Positions 30,891 to 46,369 are shown, counted from the first letter of the stretch. The stretch: DNA of 64,000 nt from Eledone cirrhosa (GCA_964016885.1 OZ024740.1:128588001-128652000), one strand, 5' to 3'. Notes: generated by a model not told the origin, from the sequence alone. Translations and numbers: made by a program.

Positions 30891-31305
30891 GTATAGGCGA
30901 TGGATCGATGGATAGACGTGTGCGTGTGTAAGTGTGTGCATGTAAGTTGTTGTGTCTTTTGATCCTGTTCTTAAAACAGACTATGTATTGAGGATTCCTT
31001 TATATGTAACCTTCCATACTTGTAACTACAGCTTTAAATCCTCGCCTATTCCTCCTGATCTTTAAGAAGAGATTCAGTTGCTGTTGCTGTCGCATCCTCC
31101 GTACAAGCACGTTGTAAATACAAAATACAAGCTTCAAACAAAAGCATACGACACCGGTGAAAGGACGCGTATACAAACAATTTCATAAAGACAGTGGCAC
31201 ACTTATGCAAGCACACACACACAAAGAAGCATCACCATTGTATACATCACTATGAAGAAACATACACGCGTATAGGAAACACACACTTGCATCTCTCTCT
31301 CTCTC

Positions 31306-31381
<76 letters not shown>

Positions 31382-31714
31382 TAGAAAGAGTTATTGTGTA
31401 TGATTTAAATTCCAAGAAAAGTATTTAAAGTAATAATGTAGGACTCAAACGAAAAGATTAGATACTACTTTTACAAAGCTAATTCTTCAAAAAGATTTTC
31501 CTTGAATAGGTCGCTGCATTTCTCCTTCCTTACTACATACAAGACATTCAATTTGATCATACAACTTATTCTGTCATTGCATATAGGTTATATGCATATA
31601 TTTTAACTGAACGTACATTCAGTGAGGTATACACACGCATATCAATATCAGTGTACCAACACTTACACATATAAACACGTGTGTGTGTGTGCGAGTGGAT
31701 ATATATAAATATAA

Positions 31715-31774
<60 letters not shown>

Positions 31775-31802
31775 ACACGCACACAGACATACACACAGCC
31801 AT

Positions 31803-31840
<38 letters not shown>

Positions 31841-32339
31841 CGTGTGTGTGTGTCTTTATGGGGATGAGGTTAGAAGGCGAGGGTGTGTTATATGTGTGAT
31901 AGTTAGAGACGGTGACATGTTTGAAAGTGGGTAGAGTTTTCCTTAAGTAGCTTTGTGTATACGTGCAAACTATACTTTCGTGTGTTTATGGTAGTTTGCC
32001 TCTTCGATTATTTTCACTGTCTCTTTGACTGCATGTCGTTTCTGTGTGCAACTGCAAGTGTGAGCATGTATCTGTGTGTGCATATGTATGTATATGCGCG
32101 TGTGTTCGTGTGAGTTTGTCTTTCTGTGTGTGTGTGTGTGAGTGCAGTGACTGTGGTACAGGGGATGTAGCAATTGAAAATAGCAACAAAGAGTTATGCA
32201 TAATTGCGCATGCGAGGTCCACGTTTTTGTTTTCACTTGCTTTAACGTTTTCAACATGTATGCACACAGATTTTCTGGCTGGAGCAGACACAAAGGAACG
32301 CGCCCACAACATATATGCGTACACAAATATTTCCACACA

Positions 32340-33944
<1,605 letters not shown>

Positions 33945-33945
<1 letters not shown>

Positions 33946-34140
33946 AACGAAGGAAGTGTGGTGAGGAACCAGGTGTACCATAACGCACCAGAGTACTCAA
34001 AACTTAGGGTAGTAGAGTGGGCAATAGGAAAATGTTCAACACCCAGACGGCAAAGTTGAAGCCGTATCGACGGCTATTTCTGGACGCCAGAAATAGGCGT
34101 TGAAACGGCTTGAGCTCTGCCGTCGGGGTTTTGAACATTT
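33945..34140 (-). mobile_element. Family D copy, opposite orientation, in (TA)n
   Basis: (TA)n-TAACGAAGG terminus matches 43721. Fold TATTTCTGG-ACG-CCAGAAATA at about 34085, the same site as the other copy. Confidence 0.8.
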
Positions 34141-34145
34141 ATATA

Positions 34146-34187
<42 letters not shown>

Positions 34188-35166
34188 CAAAGGGAAAGAT
34201 TCATACGCATATATGCCACAGAATACTAAACTCAAGAAGTACAATACATTAGAAAGGAAAAGTTTGAAAGAGAATGCTTCTGTGATAAAAACCAATAGAT
34301 CAATCATATTGACATTGAAAATGTTTAAATCAATCTATATTGAATGACACCTGCAGATTCCTCATCTTTAAATCCTACATTCACTTTTGCACTGTGTTTT
34401 AGTTATTATTCATCATATATTAGAATATAAAGTTAACCTCCATCACCCTCAAAACATCCATATATTCTATACGTAACTCGGGTTTTATATAGATTTAAGA
34501 GCATGGGAGATTAATTCCCCTCAAGCTGTGCAACGATTCAAGGACTATTGCAGGTATCTTTAAGAGAGGTTCTAGAGGGTAATTCCTGAGGGTTAAGCTG
34601 GTCGAATCCGGTATCTTGCTCGGAGACATATCGAAACCATATCTTCTGTAGGTTTGAATACTCGTGATGTTGGTTCAGCACCTAATCTATTCATCCGATA
34701 TTTGTATTTCGATACCTTTAGTAAGAGTGTAATGACTGTACTTCGTTTATCATAAAAAAGCGTTCATTGAATCAATCTTAATTTATATATCTTCTCGTAC
34801 TGTGTAGATGTTTTTTCTGTATAGAGACGTATCATTAACATTCCTTTCTATATTCCTTTCTATTGAGAACTGGTATTATATGCACGACAGAAAAATGTTA
34901 CTGTCCTACAATCGTGATGGTTTTGAATGAAAGCCTCACGTCATCAATCTCTCGAATCAAGGCAACGAACACAGTGTTTAGATAAATCAATGGAAATATG
35001 AATTTACTGATCTTTATATTTGAAAACAAATAAATATATGTGTAAATGCATTGCCTGCTAGATAAAATAGCCAAATCTCCCTAAAATTAGACCATATTGT
35101 CTTGAGAAGGTAAAGAAACATTGAAAATTGTAGAGCTATATACTTCATATAAGTATATATATATAT

Positions 35167-35238
<72 letters not shown>

Positions 35239-35297
35239 TTATATATATCTGTGTGTGTGTTTTTCAGCTCTCTTTCTCTCTTTCTCTATCTCTAACC

Positions 35298-35361
<64 letters not shown>

Positions 35362-37203
35362 CCTGGAAGTGGTAGATAGAAACTAGATTAACTTTTAATA
35401 GAAAAAAAATTGAATAGCGTATGTAATATGACAATATTAAAAACTATGAGTCTTTTAACTTCAGATGTACCCTTGACATTATATAGCCTAAATAAACCAA
35501 TGTCTTTATTTATTATATGAAAGCAAAATTGTAATCAATTGATTGCTGTTCTCAGATAGTGTGTAATTATATTGTCATGAATTTACCACTCACACGCTCT
35601 TCGTATGACGTTACGTCCCCTTCGAACTTTCTTTACACGAAAAAAAAAAATATATATATGTAAGTCCACTCGAAAAAAAGAATAACGTAATGTTTTTGCA
35701 GACGCTGACAAAACAGTTAATGTTAATATGTACAGCTGTCGTTAAAATCTCAAACTTTAAAATCTTCATTTTTAACGTTCTTTTATCTACTAGAAGAATA
35801 AAAGAAGAAAAAGAAACGAATACGAAATGGTCTAAATAGCAACAATTCCCCTCTTCCCTCTTTTCACAAGGGAAAATTGAACGGACAAACCAACCAACTA
35901 AAATGAAGCCGTCTTGAATCAATTCTAGCAAGGTGACAAACTAAGGCTTTGATTTGTAACTGAAAAACAACAAAATAATATTTATAGCCTGCTGGAGCAT
36001 GATCTCAATAACAAACAAAAGAAATTGAATATTGGAAATAAACTTTAATAGAAACAAGGAATTTTGTTCGGAGACATTGCTTTTTCAATTGACTTATAAA
36101 TTTCATTTTATTTTCAAGGATCTATTGTGCAGCTGTGTATATCAGATTTGCTATAATCAAATATATATATTTAAATGCATGCTGATAAATATAAAGTGTG
36201 CGCGTGTGTGTATGTATATGTATTCATTCTGGTTTCAAAGCACTTGATCAAAACCAGATGATTGATCATGTAAATACGACTATAGAGGAGTCAGCCTCAA
36301 TGAGTGTTTGGCGTGTACTGACCTGTCATTTCATTCATATTAACCACTCTGCAAGCATCATGACGTCTGAAAATGACATTTCACTAATAGCTTCAGTTCG
36401 AAAATTACAATAAATTAGGCTATAGATTGAAGGTGAAAATTGTTGACTTTTTCAAAGCAATGCACAGTCCTAAATAGCAAAACGTCGAATAAACCCATTT
36501 AAGACTCTCCTAAGTTTAGCTACACTACACTCTCTCAGTAACAACATTACCAGTGTTGTGCAAATTTCTACTATACCAAATTCAACCGACAACATAAATG
36601 ATGCTTGATTGTTTGGTATACCTTGTGTCTTACTGAGGAATATCCGACAGATTCTTTATATAACTATAAACGCCTCGGTAAACATAACATCTGAATCAGG
36701 TACTTAAATCCTACTAAAGCTAAACAGAATAAAACCTTCGTATAATTCATTGCACTTCAATCAAAGACAAAAAAACAAAACAAAAAAAAACAACAACAAA
36801 AACAAAACAGGTAGTAAAATATGTAGGTATTCGATTCCTGCCCTCGCACCCTATTTAATAGAGACACCGAACCTCATCTCAGTCATAATCTAAATATTGT
36901 TCTGTTCAACGTAAACCAACCTTGTAGAATATTTAGGTGCATAAGAGACTACATGGCTAAGTTCAGGAAGAGTTATGTCTTTAGATGGAAATGTACATTG
37001 TCATATGATATAAATATTCTATATACATTTTGTTAGAATCCCATGCTATCCTATTCTTGTTATATCTTATTACTATTGTATTCCTTTCTTATTCTATGAT
37101 ATATGGAACAACATTTATATTAGAGTTCTACTCTTTCCTGTTGCGAATATTTTTGTATATTTTTGTTTCAAGTAGTAGATTTTACAAGACAAAACAGACT
37201 GCC

Positions 37204-37266
<63 letters not shown>

Positions 37267-37343
37267 AGCGTATTCTAAAGAAGATATGGGGCATGTCTCT
37301 CAGACATGACACCCTTAATTTAATTTTGCTTATATATATACAT

Positions 37344-37716
37344 ATATTAATTCAAAATATTAACAAAATAGATATTCTTGTGATCAATTATATTTTATTA
37401 TACATATTTTAGAGGTACTGAGTTAAGTTCAACAGTACGTCCTCATCAGATAAAATAAGATGATGCATGACATACCCTGACATAGTAGATGGTTAAGATT
37501 CAGACATCATCTTATTTTATCTGATGAGGACGTACAGTTGAACTTAACTCAGTACCTCTGAAATATGTATAATAAAATATAATTGATCACAAGAATATCT
37601 ATTTTGTTAATATTTTGAATTAATATTAATAACTTTGGAAAACCTTTACTGTTGAGTGTTTCCAATCTATTGTAAAACTCATTCTTTGATGTATTCATTG
37701 AACCTTGTTTAACTTT

Positions 37717-37720
<4 letters not shown>
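37344..37720 (+). mobile_element. Fold-back element family C with hammerhead, in TA-rich site
   Basis: Inverted arms 37344-37465 and 37505-37626 (about 120 bp, 39-nt spacer). The unique 3' extension runs to 37720, then (TA)n. Confidence 0.8.
37513..37579 (+). ncRNA. Type I hammerhead ribozyme with extended stem II
   Basis: TATTTTAT-CTGATGA-[GGACGTAC AGTTG AACT TAACT CA GTACCTCT]-GAAA-TATGTA-TA-ATAAAATA: 8-bp stem I, self-complementary (G-U) TATGTA stem III, AUA site. The mirror copy at 37391-37457 has GAAA changed to AAAA. Confidence 0.75.
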
Positions 37721-37758
<38 letters not shown>

Positions 37759-38058
37759 CACACACATGCGTGTGGTTGTTTTTTCAGATAGCAGGGAAAA
37801 GGAGCACCGTCTTGATAACCAGCAGAGTCAGAGAAGATGTTCGACGTCGACAATTCCCACCTTTGCTTCTGCTGGAATCCGTTAGATGGCGTTACGTTAG
37901 CAGTTTTCAAATTTTATACGTGAAGGGTTTCAAATGCTTATTAATAATATCGTAAGATATACATAATACTCATATTTATATGTAAACAGCTATGTTAAGA
38001 GAGAACAACTTAATTCTCTCTGTTTCTCTCTTTATCCATCTTTCTCTCTCTCTCTCTC

Positions 38059-38130
<72 letters not shown>

Positions 38131-38137
<7 letters not shown>

Positions 38138-38490
38138 GTGAGGTTTTTTTTACAAAATGAAAATAACCGATGTGTCCTACACGAGTGAAAGTATAAAGAA
38201 AAAGAGATGAAATCGAAAATGCAACTGGAGTCTTATTTTTTTTTTAAATATATATATTTATTTGGTTCCTTTACCGGTTTCGCAGTTCTTCTGATTTTCA
38301 AAAGGTGAGTTGAGATGGAGGGTCTGTGGTTTTTCTCACATCTGGTGAGAAAAACCACAGACCCTCCATCTCAACTCACCTTTTGAAAATCAGAAGAACT
38401 GCGAAACCGGTAAAGGAACCAAAAAAATATATATATTTAAAAAAAAAATAAGACTCCAGTTGCATTTTCGATTTCATCTCTTTTTCTTTA
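38131..38490 (-). mobile_element. Fold-back element family B (hammerhead U3:A8) inserted in (TA)n
   Basis: Long arm 38131-38340, fold at about 38341-38344, inverted arm 38345-38490 (about 145 bp, near perfect). (TA)n on both sides. Confidence 0.85.
38379..38416 (+). ncRNA. Hammerhead U3:A8 variant (stem II base mutated); mirror copy on the minus strand at 38268-38305
   Basis: CCTT-TTGAAAA-TCAG-AAGAA-CTGC-GAAA-CCGG-TA-AAGG, with G10.1 changed to T in both arms. Confidence 0.6.
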
Positions 38491-38796
38491 TATATATATA
38501 TATATATATTTGTGTGGACGGGTGGGAAAGCAGACCGAAATATTTGAGTACGAATTGCCAATGTTCTTAGATTCGGCTTAAAAAGTAACACTATATTGCT
38601 TCTCTGCCATCATTCTACGTTTTATAATTTTCCTTTCTCTTCCGCAACCAATTAAAAATTGATTAAGTAGTAATTATTATCACATCAAATTTATATTAAA
38701 ATGACAACTTATACATTTGCATGCGTGCAGGATGTACATACAAGCACACACGCACGCACACACGCACGCACACACGCACGCACACACGTATGTATA

Positions 38797-38847
<51 letters not shown>

Positions 38848-38880
38848 GTGTGTGAGTGTGTGTGTGTTTGTATGGGTGTG

Positions 38881-38927
<47 letters not shown>

Positions 38928-39133
38928 TAGACTAATTAATTAATACGTGAATCAGAATTAGAAATTATTATCCTCCAAATTTGCAACTAACACTTTACTA
39001 TTCTCCACGTTAATAAAAGGTTGCGAAAATTTCAATGTAAAATTAATCTGAGCAGTTGAATTAATAGTCTGTACTTATCTATACGTACATGAACGAAGAG
39101 CTAGCCTTCGGATATATATATATATATATACAC

Positions 39134-39164
<31 letters not shown>

Positions 39165-40469
39165 TGTATGTATGTATGTATGTATGTATGTATGTATGTA
39201 TGTATGTATGTGTGTGTGTGTATGTATGTATGTATGTATGTATGTATGTATGTATGTATGTATGTATGTATGTATGTATGTATGTATTTACACACGTCTA
39301 TGCCTTCATAAATACATACTGACTATCACAGCCCTCTAATGCATGGTTTCTACCACACCACCCGTTAAATTTGTCTAATATGTCAAGATTATCGTATCTC
39401 ATTTAACAAATTGAATGCGTATCACTTGCATTTAGTATATATAATTTCATATTCTACACAGTATCTCCTTGGAGGTCTTCAATAACAGCTATTGAAATTC
39501 AGATTTACTATAATAAGTAATTTTTCTCCTTTTCTCTATTTCATCAGCTAATTTTGAACAACTGAATAACCTTTATCAAATTAACCAATTAGCATCTCAC
39601 GGGGGACCTAAATTCTTCTGACTTCTAGTACTGATGAAGTCAAATTAAAAATCCTTTATACAGTTTAGAAATTTAAATTTCAGAAAGAAGAGGGAGATGA
39701 GAAAACATATTCATGAATATTCATTCACACCTACGTTTTTTTTATGTGTGCATGCGCATGAGAATTTCTGCATGCATGTATATATGCATGCATGTCTCTC
39801 TGTTTGTATGTGTATATGTATGTATGGGCGGATGGATGGATGTATTTTTAATTAAGTTAAAACTGATGCCTAGCGTAATTGCGTTACATGAAAAAGAATT
39901 GGTGGTTAAATCTTGCATACGAAATATGGATAGCTGCTGACTGAATTAATCCAAAGGAACTCACAAATTTGCTGACTTAATTAAAATACCATATGATAAA
40001 ACCTTTAAGATCTACAAACAGACATGGATAGAATAGTTAAAAGTCGACGGGAATATTGCGAAGATTTATTAAATATACTAGCAGAAAAACAAACCTGCGG
40101 GTGGTTTTCAGCTAGCATGTGTGGTGTGTACATTGATATTATACGCAAGTATATATACATGTAGATATGATACGTCAAATAAAATCATAATTGACAATAT
40201 ACACAGAAATTGAACGAAGACTGTGTTACACTATCTTATGTAATCAGTAACGTAATCCATGATACATTAAAAAAAGACGATATTATATATAAACAGCATT
40301 AGGAGAAAATTAGTAACAGAAAATTAATATGTTTATTTAAGCGATGGCCACCGGAAGTGTTGACATTTGAAAATTTTAAAGAAGGGAATCTTTAAATAAA
40401 TAAGAAAATATATTTAATGAACAGCCTCGAAATTTAGTAGATACATTTTGTAATATTCATTCATTACTT

Positions 40470-40602
40470 TTGGCCCTTGCCATTCTGAGTTCAAATCCCG
40501 CCGAGGTTAACTTTGCCTTTCATCCTTATAGGGTCGATAAAATAAAGTACCAGTAATGTACTGGATAATTGCTGGCCTTGTGCCAAAAGTAGAAACAATT
40601 AT
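40470..40602 (+). mobile_element. Same SINE family, 5'-truncated
   Basis: GGCCCTTGCCATTCTGAGTTCAAATCCCG...GTAGAAACAATTAT. Confidence 0.85.
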
Positions 40603-41829
40603 TTATTCAAAGTAATCCAACTTATTTTACTAATGGGATAAAACATTATAAACCATACGCAGTCCCGTGCTTCTTTCTTTATTATAGTTTAGATATTCTC
40701 AGGTTGACCAAATCCTTACCACCAATATTCAACACAGACACACAATCCTTTCTCTTAATAACTCTCATAGACTGGTTGAAGTATATATTAGCAATAAGGA
40801 AACTAACTTAGGTAAAGATGCTGGAAATAGTGGATTGTTAGCAGACAGCTTCAGATATGGTAATATAAAATTTAGAGAAATTAAACATGAAATAATTCTG
40901 GAAATATGGTTAGAAAGTTAAGCAATAAAAGATTGGAAATATGTAATAATGATTCCTATATACAAGATTAAATGCCAGCAGCTATACTGGATTATAAAGG
41001 AATAACAATTCTATGTACTGCAAGGAGAATTCCTGAATCCCTCATGCTTTTAAGACTAAATATTCATATATCAAACCTTATCTTGCCAGAATTACAATAT
41101 CACCTTCGGCTCAAATGAAATACTATTTTTAACATTTTTGCAACTTGTCATTTTCAAGAAACGTGTTGCAAACTGCGAATATCAAACGAACATGAATTAA
41201 ACCTTTGATCGGTGAACAGATCTGCTCTTGGGGAGATCCTTGTCAGGTTAGGTTTTCCAGAATAAGTTCCTAATATAATCAGATATTTTCCTAGAACATG
41301 GAGGCCTGGGTAAATATTGATGTTATTATTTCACAGCCAATCAAAGCTAATAAAGGTGTTAAGAAAAATGACTTTGATCTCATGATTTATTTCTGAATTT
41401 ATTTATCTGTGCTTCTCATTGATGCCTTCACGGAGAGCAATGATGGCGTCTTCATCATGTATTGTTCCTCAGGAAAGATTTCAATACCAGGAGCTTTGCT
41501 TCAAAAACTAAACTCCCCCAAACACCTATTCGCGATGTCCTTTGCACTGGTGACTGCGGTCTAGTTGCGCATTCACCACAGATATAAAACATTTCAATAG
41601 ATTGTTCACGTAAAGATTTTAATCTTGATAAAACTGTAGTAATACTTCAAACTGCTCCGACACCTATTTATATAGCAACATCCATTCACGTAGGATGGAC
41701 AGCACCCCAAAGTAGTCCATAATATTCATACATAGGAAGTACAAATAACCAATATTTCACGTTAGATGATGAAATAACCTCATGTATCAAGGAAGCAAAT
41801 GAGAAGAGTTGAAGTATACAATACATAGA

Positions 41830-42330
41830 TACTATCTAATCTTCTATATTCCTGTGAGATCTGGATTGTCTGTCGCAGGTACATTAAGTTTCTTGAACGT
41901 TTTCTAAAGTGTTGTTTCTGTGATATCCTCGGTGTTCACTGGACTACACACACAACAAACACTGAAATATTTAAAACATGAAGGGGCAGTGATATTGAAG
42001 CTCATATCCACAAGCAAGGTCTTTGATGCTTAGGCCACGCTGATAGATCTGACAACAAAAGGATCTCAAAGAATGTCCTTTATGGCAAGTTATTATCTGC
42101 TGCAACACCACAACACAAACCAAAACTGTGTTTCAAAGATTGAGGGGAAGATTTCCTAACATAGTGCAACAGTTACCCGTCTCACAGAGAGATCATGGTA
42201 TTAAATAGAAACAAGTGGTGCCTCGCTATATCTAATGGTGTATGACTGGTTCAGGAACCTGCTTCGGAATGGGCTAGCATTAGGCGTGCAGCTAAGAAAA
42301 GCCAGCATGTGGAGACCTCTGTCTTTTCGT
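41830..42330 (+). mobile_element. Heavily decayed RTE (BovB-like) LINE 3' fragment
   Basis: Manual translation gives CEIWIVCRRYIKFLERF, LGHADRSDNKRISKNVLYGKL and KPKLCFKD, resembling RTE motifs CETW..YRRH...LERF, LGH..R..D.R.PK..LYG.L and PK.RFKD. Stops present. Confidence 0.6.
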
Positions 42331-43086
42331 TTGCATACAATATATGTGCATGAATATGCCTCTCAAAAGCTGAATTTACAGGTCAGCTATATAAACACGC
42401 ACAAATGCCAGAGGTTGAATATGACATATTCCTTGCCGCCAATTTGATATATGGCACATGTGGCAGATAATTTTCGAATAAGGCAGGACACAAAAATCAT
42501 TCAAAAGTACATAGTCCTGGTATATATCAGATAGAAGAGCCGGATCAGTGAAGGAGCGAATTTCAAGGTATTTTATATTTAAAAAAAATATATATATATA
42601 TATATAAAAAACATGCAAGCCTCACAGTCCCCGTTAGGAATATATTTTTCACCAGAATTCGTTTCACTCCGCCAACGAGTTGACAGTCATTATGTATGTA
42701 TGTATGTATGTATGTATGTATGTATGTATGTATGTATGTATGTATGTATGTATGTATGTATGTATGTATGTATGTATGTATGTATGTATGCATGCATGCA
42801 TGTATGTATATACATACATCGGGCGCTTAAACTACTGGGAGTGATGTATCTGATGATGTTGATCTTGTCTTCTTTTCGGGTTAGAGCTACTGTCGCTCAG
42901 AGAGTGGGATTGGCTCAGTGCACAACATTTCCTCACTTTAAATAAATCTTCAGGCACAGGCATTGCATGATAGCATTAATTAATAATTACTAATAATGTT
43001 ATATCGTGCAATAGCCATGCTCGAGAACGAGGGGGCACCCATCATGTATCTACGTATGCATGTATGAGTGTGCATATGTATATATA

Positions 43087-43474
43087 CGAGGGTATCCCAA
43101 AAGTAAAGTCTCCAAGGCGATGGGGACGCAGAGAAACTATTCGTACGGCTGTTGGCAACACTGTTGTGATTGGTGCCTTCTTCACCAAACAAGCATGCAC
43201 GCGCTTCGCTGAGATGCTCAAACTTGGCTTGGCAGCCGTTGAGAATGGAACTCCCGTTGAACGCTACCGCCAAGTGCGAATTTCGCGCATTTATTATATA
43301 GAGGGCAACCCAAAAGTAAGGTCCCCTTCCGAGGAAAACATGCGTAAAGATCGGCGGATCACTCTGGATGCTCTCTGCATTTTAGTTCCTGAGGTGTCCC
43401 GAAGCACCATCCACAGGATTTTAACGGAAAAGTTGCAATATCGGAAGGAGACCTTACTTTTGGGATTGCCCTCG
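43087..43474 (+). mobile_element. Tc1/mariner internally deleted element
   Basis: TIRs CGAGGGTATCCCAAAAGTAAAGTCTCC / GGAGACCTTACTTTTGGGATTGCCCTCG with TA on both sides. Transposase HTH remnant RKDRRITLDALCILVPEVSRSTIHRILTEKLQYRK. An extra left-TIR copy sits at about 43299-43327. Confidence 0.85.
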
Positions 43475-43478
43475 TATA

Positions 43479-43520
<42 letters not shown>

Positions 43521-43522
<2 letters not shown>

Positions 43523-43718
43523 GGAAAAAGTATGACCCCGACGGCAGAGCTCAAGCCGTTTCGACGGCTATTTCTGGACTCAGTCCAGAAATAGCCGTCG
43601 AAACGGCTTGAGCACTGCCGTCGGGGACATACTTCTTCCTATTTCCCACTCTAGTATCCTAAGTATTGAGTACTCTGGTGCGTTATGGTCCATCTGGTTC
43701 CTTACCACAATTCCTTCG

Positions 43719-43721
<3 letters not shown>
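43521..43721 (+). mobile_element. Fold-back element family D in (TA)n
   Basis: Inverted arm 43521-43580, fold CTGGACT-C-AGTCCAG, long arm ends CCTTCGTTA-(TA)n. Confidence 0.8.
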
Positions 43722-43769
<48 letters not shown>

Positions 43770-44077
43770 AAAGTATATCCATAGAATCATTTGATAAAAT
43801 ATATACATCATCACATCTCCGCATCAGCATAATCAACCACACAAAAAACCAATTAAACAAGGCTATAAGATTAAAGGCACCTATGAAGAAATAACAGATA
43901 AATAAACGACAGCTATCTATCCGCGATCAACAGCTATAGAATATTTACCCAACATTTCTAATAGTACGTGGAAATCGATTAAATATATCGTCAACCATAC
44001 ACAATTAGGTATAAAATCAAAGTTAGAAGAAAAAAATGTATATAAGCATAACAAAATTATGTTTCTACCCCATGAGG

Positions 44078-44143
<66 letters not shown>

Positions 44144-44301
44144 AGATCAAAAGATGGTTAAAGGAGTTCCATGTATTTTATTATGCGCATTTCAAAAACA
44201 AACATCATCATGCAATAATATTTGTGTTTTCATCAGATAAAACAGGAGAACATGATATGAAGGCTAAAAAACACTTGTGGATAGTGCAGTTTTAAATCAA
44301 C

Positions 44302-44326
<25 letters not shown>

Positions 44327-44333
<7 letters not shown>

Positions 44334-44539
44334 GTGAGGTTTTTTTTACAAATTGAAAAATAACCGAGGTGTCCTACACGAGTGAGAGTATAAAGAAAAA
44401 GAGATGAAATCGAAAATGCAACTGGAGTCGTATTTAAAAAAATATATATATATATTTATTTGGTTCCTTTACCGGTTTCGCAGTTGTTCTGCTTTTCAAA
44501 AGGTGAGTTGAGATGGAGGGTCTGTGGTTTTTCTCACAT
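44327..44539 (-). mobile_element. Family B copy, long arm only, in (TA)n
   Basis: Same (TA)n-TTAGAAAGTGAGG terminus, and ends at TTTTTCTCACAT, the fold point of the other two copies. Confidence 0.85.
44466..44503 (-). ncRNA. Minimal type I hammerhead ribozyme, U3:A8 core variant
   Basis: CCTT-TTGAAAA-GCAG-AACAA-CTGC-GAAA-CCGG-TA-AAGG: stems I and II perfect, palindromic CCGG, GUA site. C3-G8 is replaced by compensatory U3-A8. Confidence 0.8.
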
Positions 44540-44541
44540 AC

Positions 44542-44590
<49 letters not shown>

Positions 44591-44604
44591 AATATATATA
44601 TATG

Positions 44605-44772
<168 letters not shown>

Positions 44773-44917
44773 TGTATATATATATATATATATATATATG
44801 AATTCATTGTCTCACAATTTTGAGTATTATACCCCGGATTCATATAGTGCTTGATAGGCATACACAGCTCATAAATTCAAAATATTTTTCTTTTAATTGT
44901 GCTTATTATTTTAATAT

Positions 44918-45090
44918 TGGTAGAGGGTCGGACGCCATGCTTTGACGCATAGAGTTACGGCCCTTGCCATTCTGAATTCAAATCCAGCCGAGGTTAACTT
45001 TGCCTTTCATCCTTACGGATTCGAGAAAATAAAGTATCAGTAATGCACTGGGTAATTGCTGGCCTTGTGCCTAACGTAGAAACAATTATT
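44918..45090 (+). mobile_element. Same SINE family
   Basis: GGTAGAGGGTCGGACGCCATGC...GTAGAAACAATTATT. Confidence 0.85.
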
Positions 45091-46338
45091 TAAATGTTCC
45101 CACAAAATTACTGTAGCATTTTTTAAGAATGTCTGTTGCCACATATATTGCTTATATGGAGGAAAAGACAAAGAGATTGTCGTTTGCAATGAAATGTGCA
45201 TCTCTTCCTCAAGCATAATATGTTTCTGACAAGTTTTGGCCTAGTCTTCTGTTTGTCCAAATCATCTGTCGGCCTGATGGATTCATTCAAACGATGCAGC
45301 CACTCACGGGTTTCTTTCGAAATCTACAACGACTTGTGGTTCCTGATCCATCCGAGTAAACCTATTATGAAATATATTCTAAATGTGCCCATCGTATATT
45401 TTTAGGGTTATTTACGAATAAATTACCCAAATATAAATGACTGTGTAATGGTTACAATATGGCTTTCTTGACTTGGTGTTCAGTGACAATAAGGAAAAAA
45501 GACTGATACCCATATATATAGCAATAAATAAACAAACAAATTCAGAATGCTGGAGGAACTTAACAGAAGTATTAGAAAATATATTCACAGGAGAGACACA
45601 GGAGAGAAGACATTTGAGGAAAAAAAAAGAAAAAAAAAAAAGAATTTCCTGCTTTTCGGTGACATCAACGTCAACTTCCAGCTGATCACTGAATGTCATA
45701 GGTCATTTTAAACGTAAAGAATCTTAAACAGCTTGAAATGGCTATTGATTTGCTCAACATTAATGTAAAGGATTTTTACGTTTACACTTAATGCCTTATG
45801 AGTAATTAAGTATGTGTATGCATGAGTGAGAGGAGAAAAAAGAGAATGAGTAGAGAGAGAAAGAGAGGATGGAGATGAGAAGGAGGGAGAAGACGAAAGA
45901 AAGAAAGGAGACTGGAAGAGAGATAACTCTCACCATAATCTCAAATTTAACATTTTGTCTACACGTAATTCGTTGGTCGAGATGACATGAAGTCAAACTT
46001 TTAAATCTGTTATAAGCCATCTGATGCTATATGTGTGTATTTTCATATCGCATGCCAAGGTGTTTCAATATCTACATAAAAAGAAAAGAAGTTACGTGAT
46101 ATTAGATATCAATCAGCACAGAAAACGACGGTCTTCTAGTCTGGCTGATATCTATTATCGAAGAAATATAATCTCGATTGACACGTCTGAAAATTTCGTC
46201 TTTAATTCTTTTAACGTCCTCTCTGTACCTGACATAAAGGTGTGTGCGTTTGTGAATCTGTGGGTGGGTATATATTTACATAAACATACATATTTGTATG
46301 TACATCTCTCTTTCTCTCACTCCCTCTATCTATCTATC

Positions 46339-46369
<31 letters not shown>

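Noticed and set aside
43574-43615. Hammerhead in family D (CCAGAAATAGCCGTCGAAACGGCTTGAGC)
   Set aside because: GAAA motifs are present, but there is no CUGANGA/UUGANAA core or correctly placed UH.
45640-45705. Possible further exon (FSDQLEVDVDVTEKQE)
   Set aside because: No Ig motif and no convincing splice sites.
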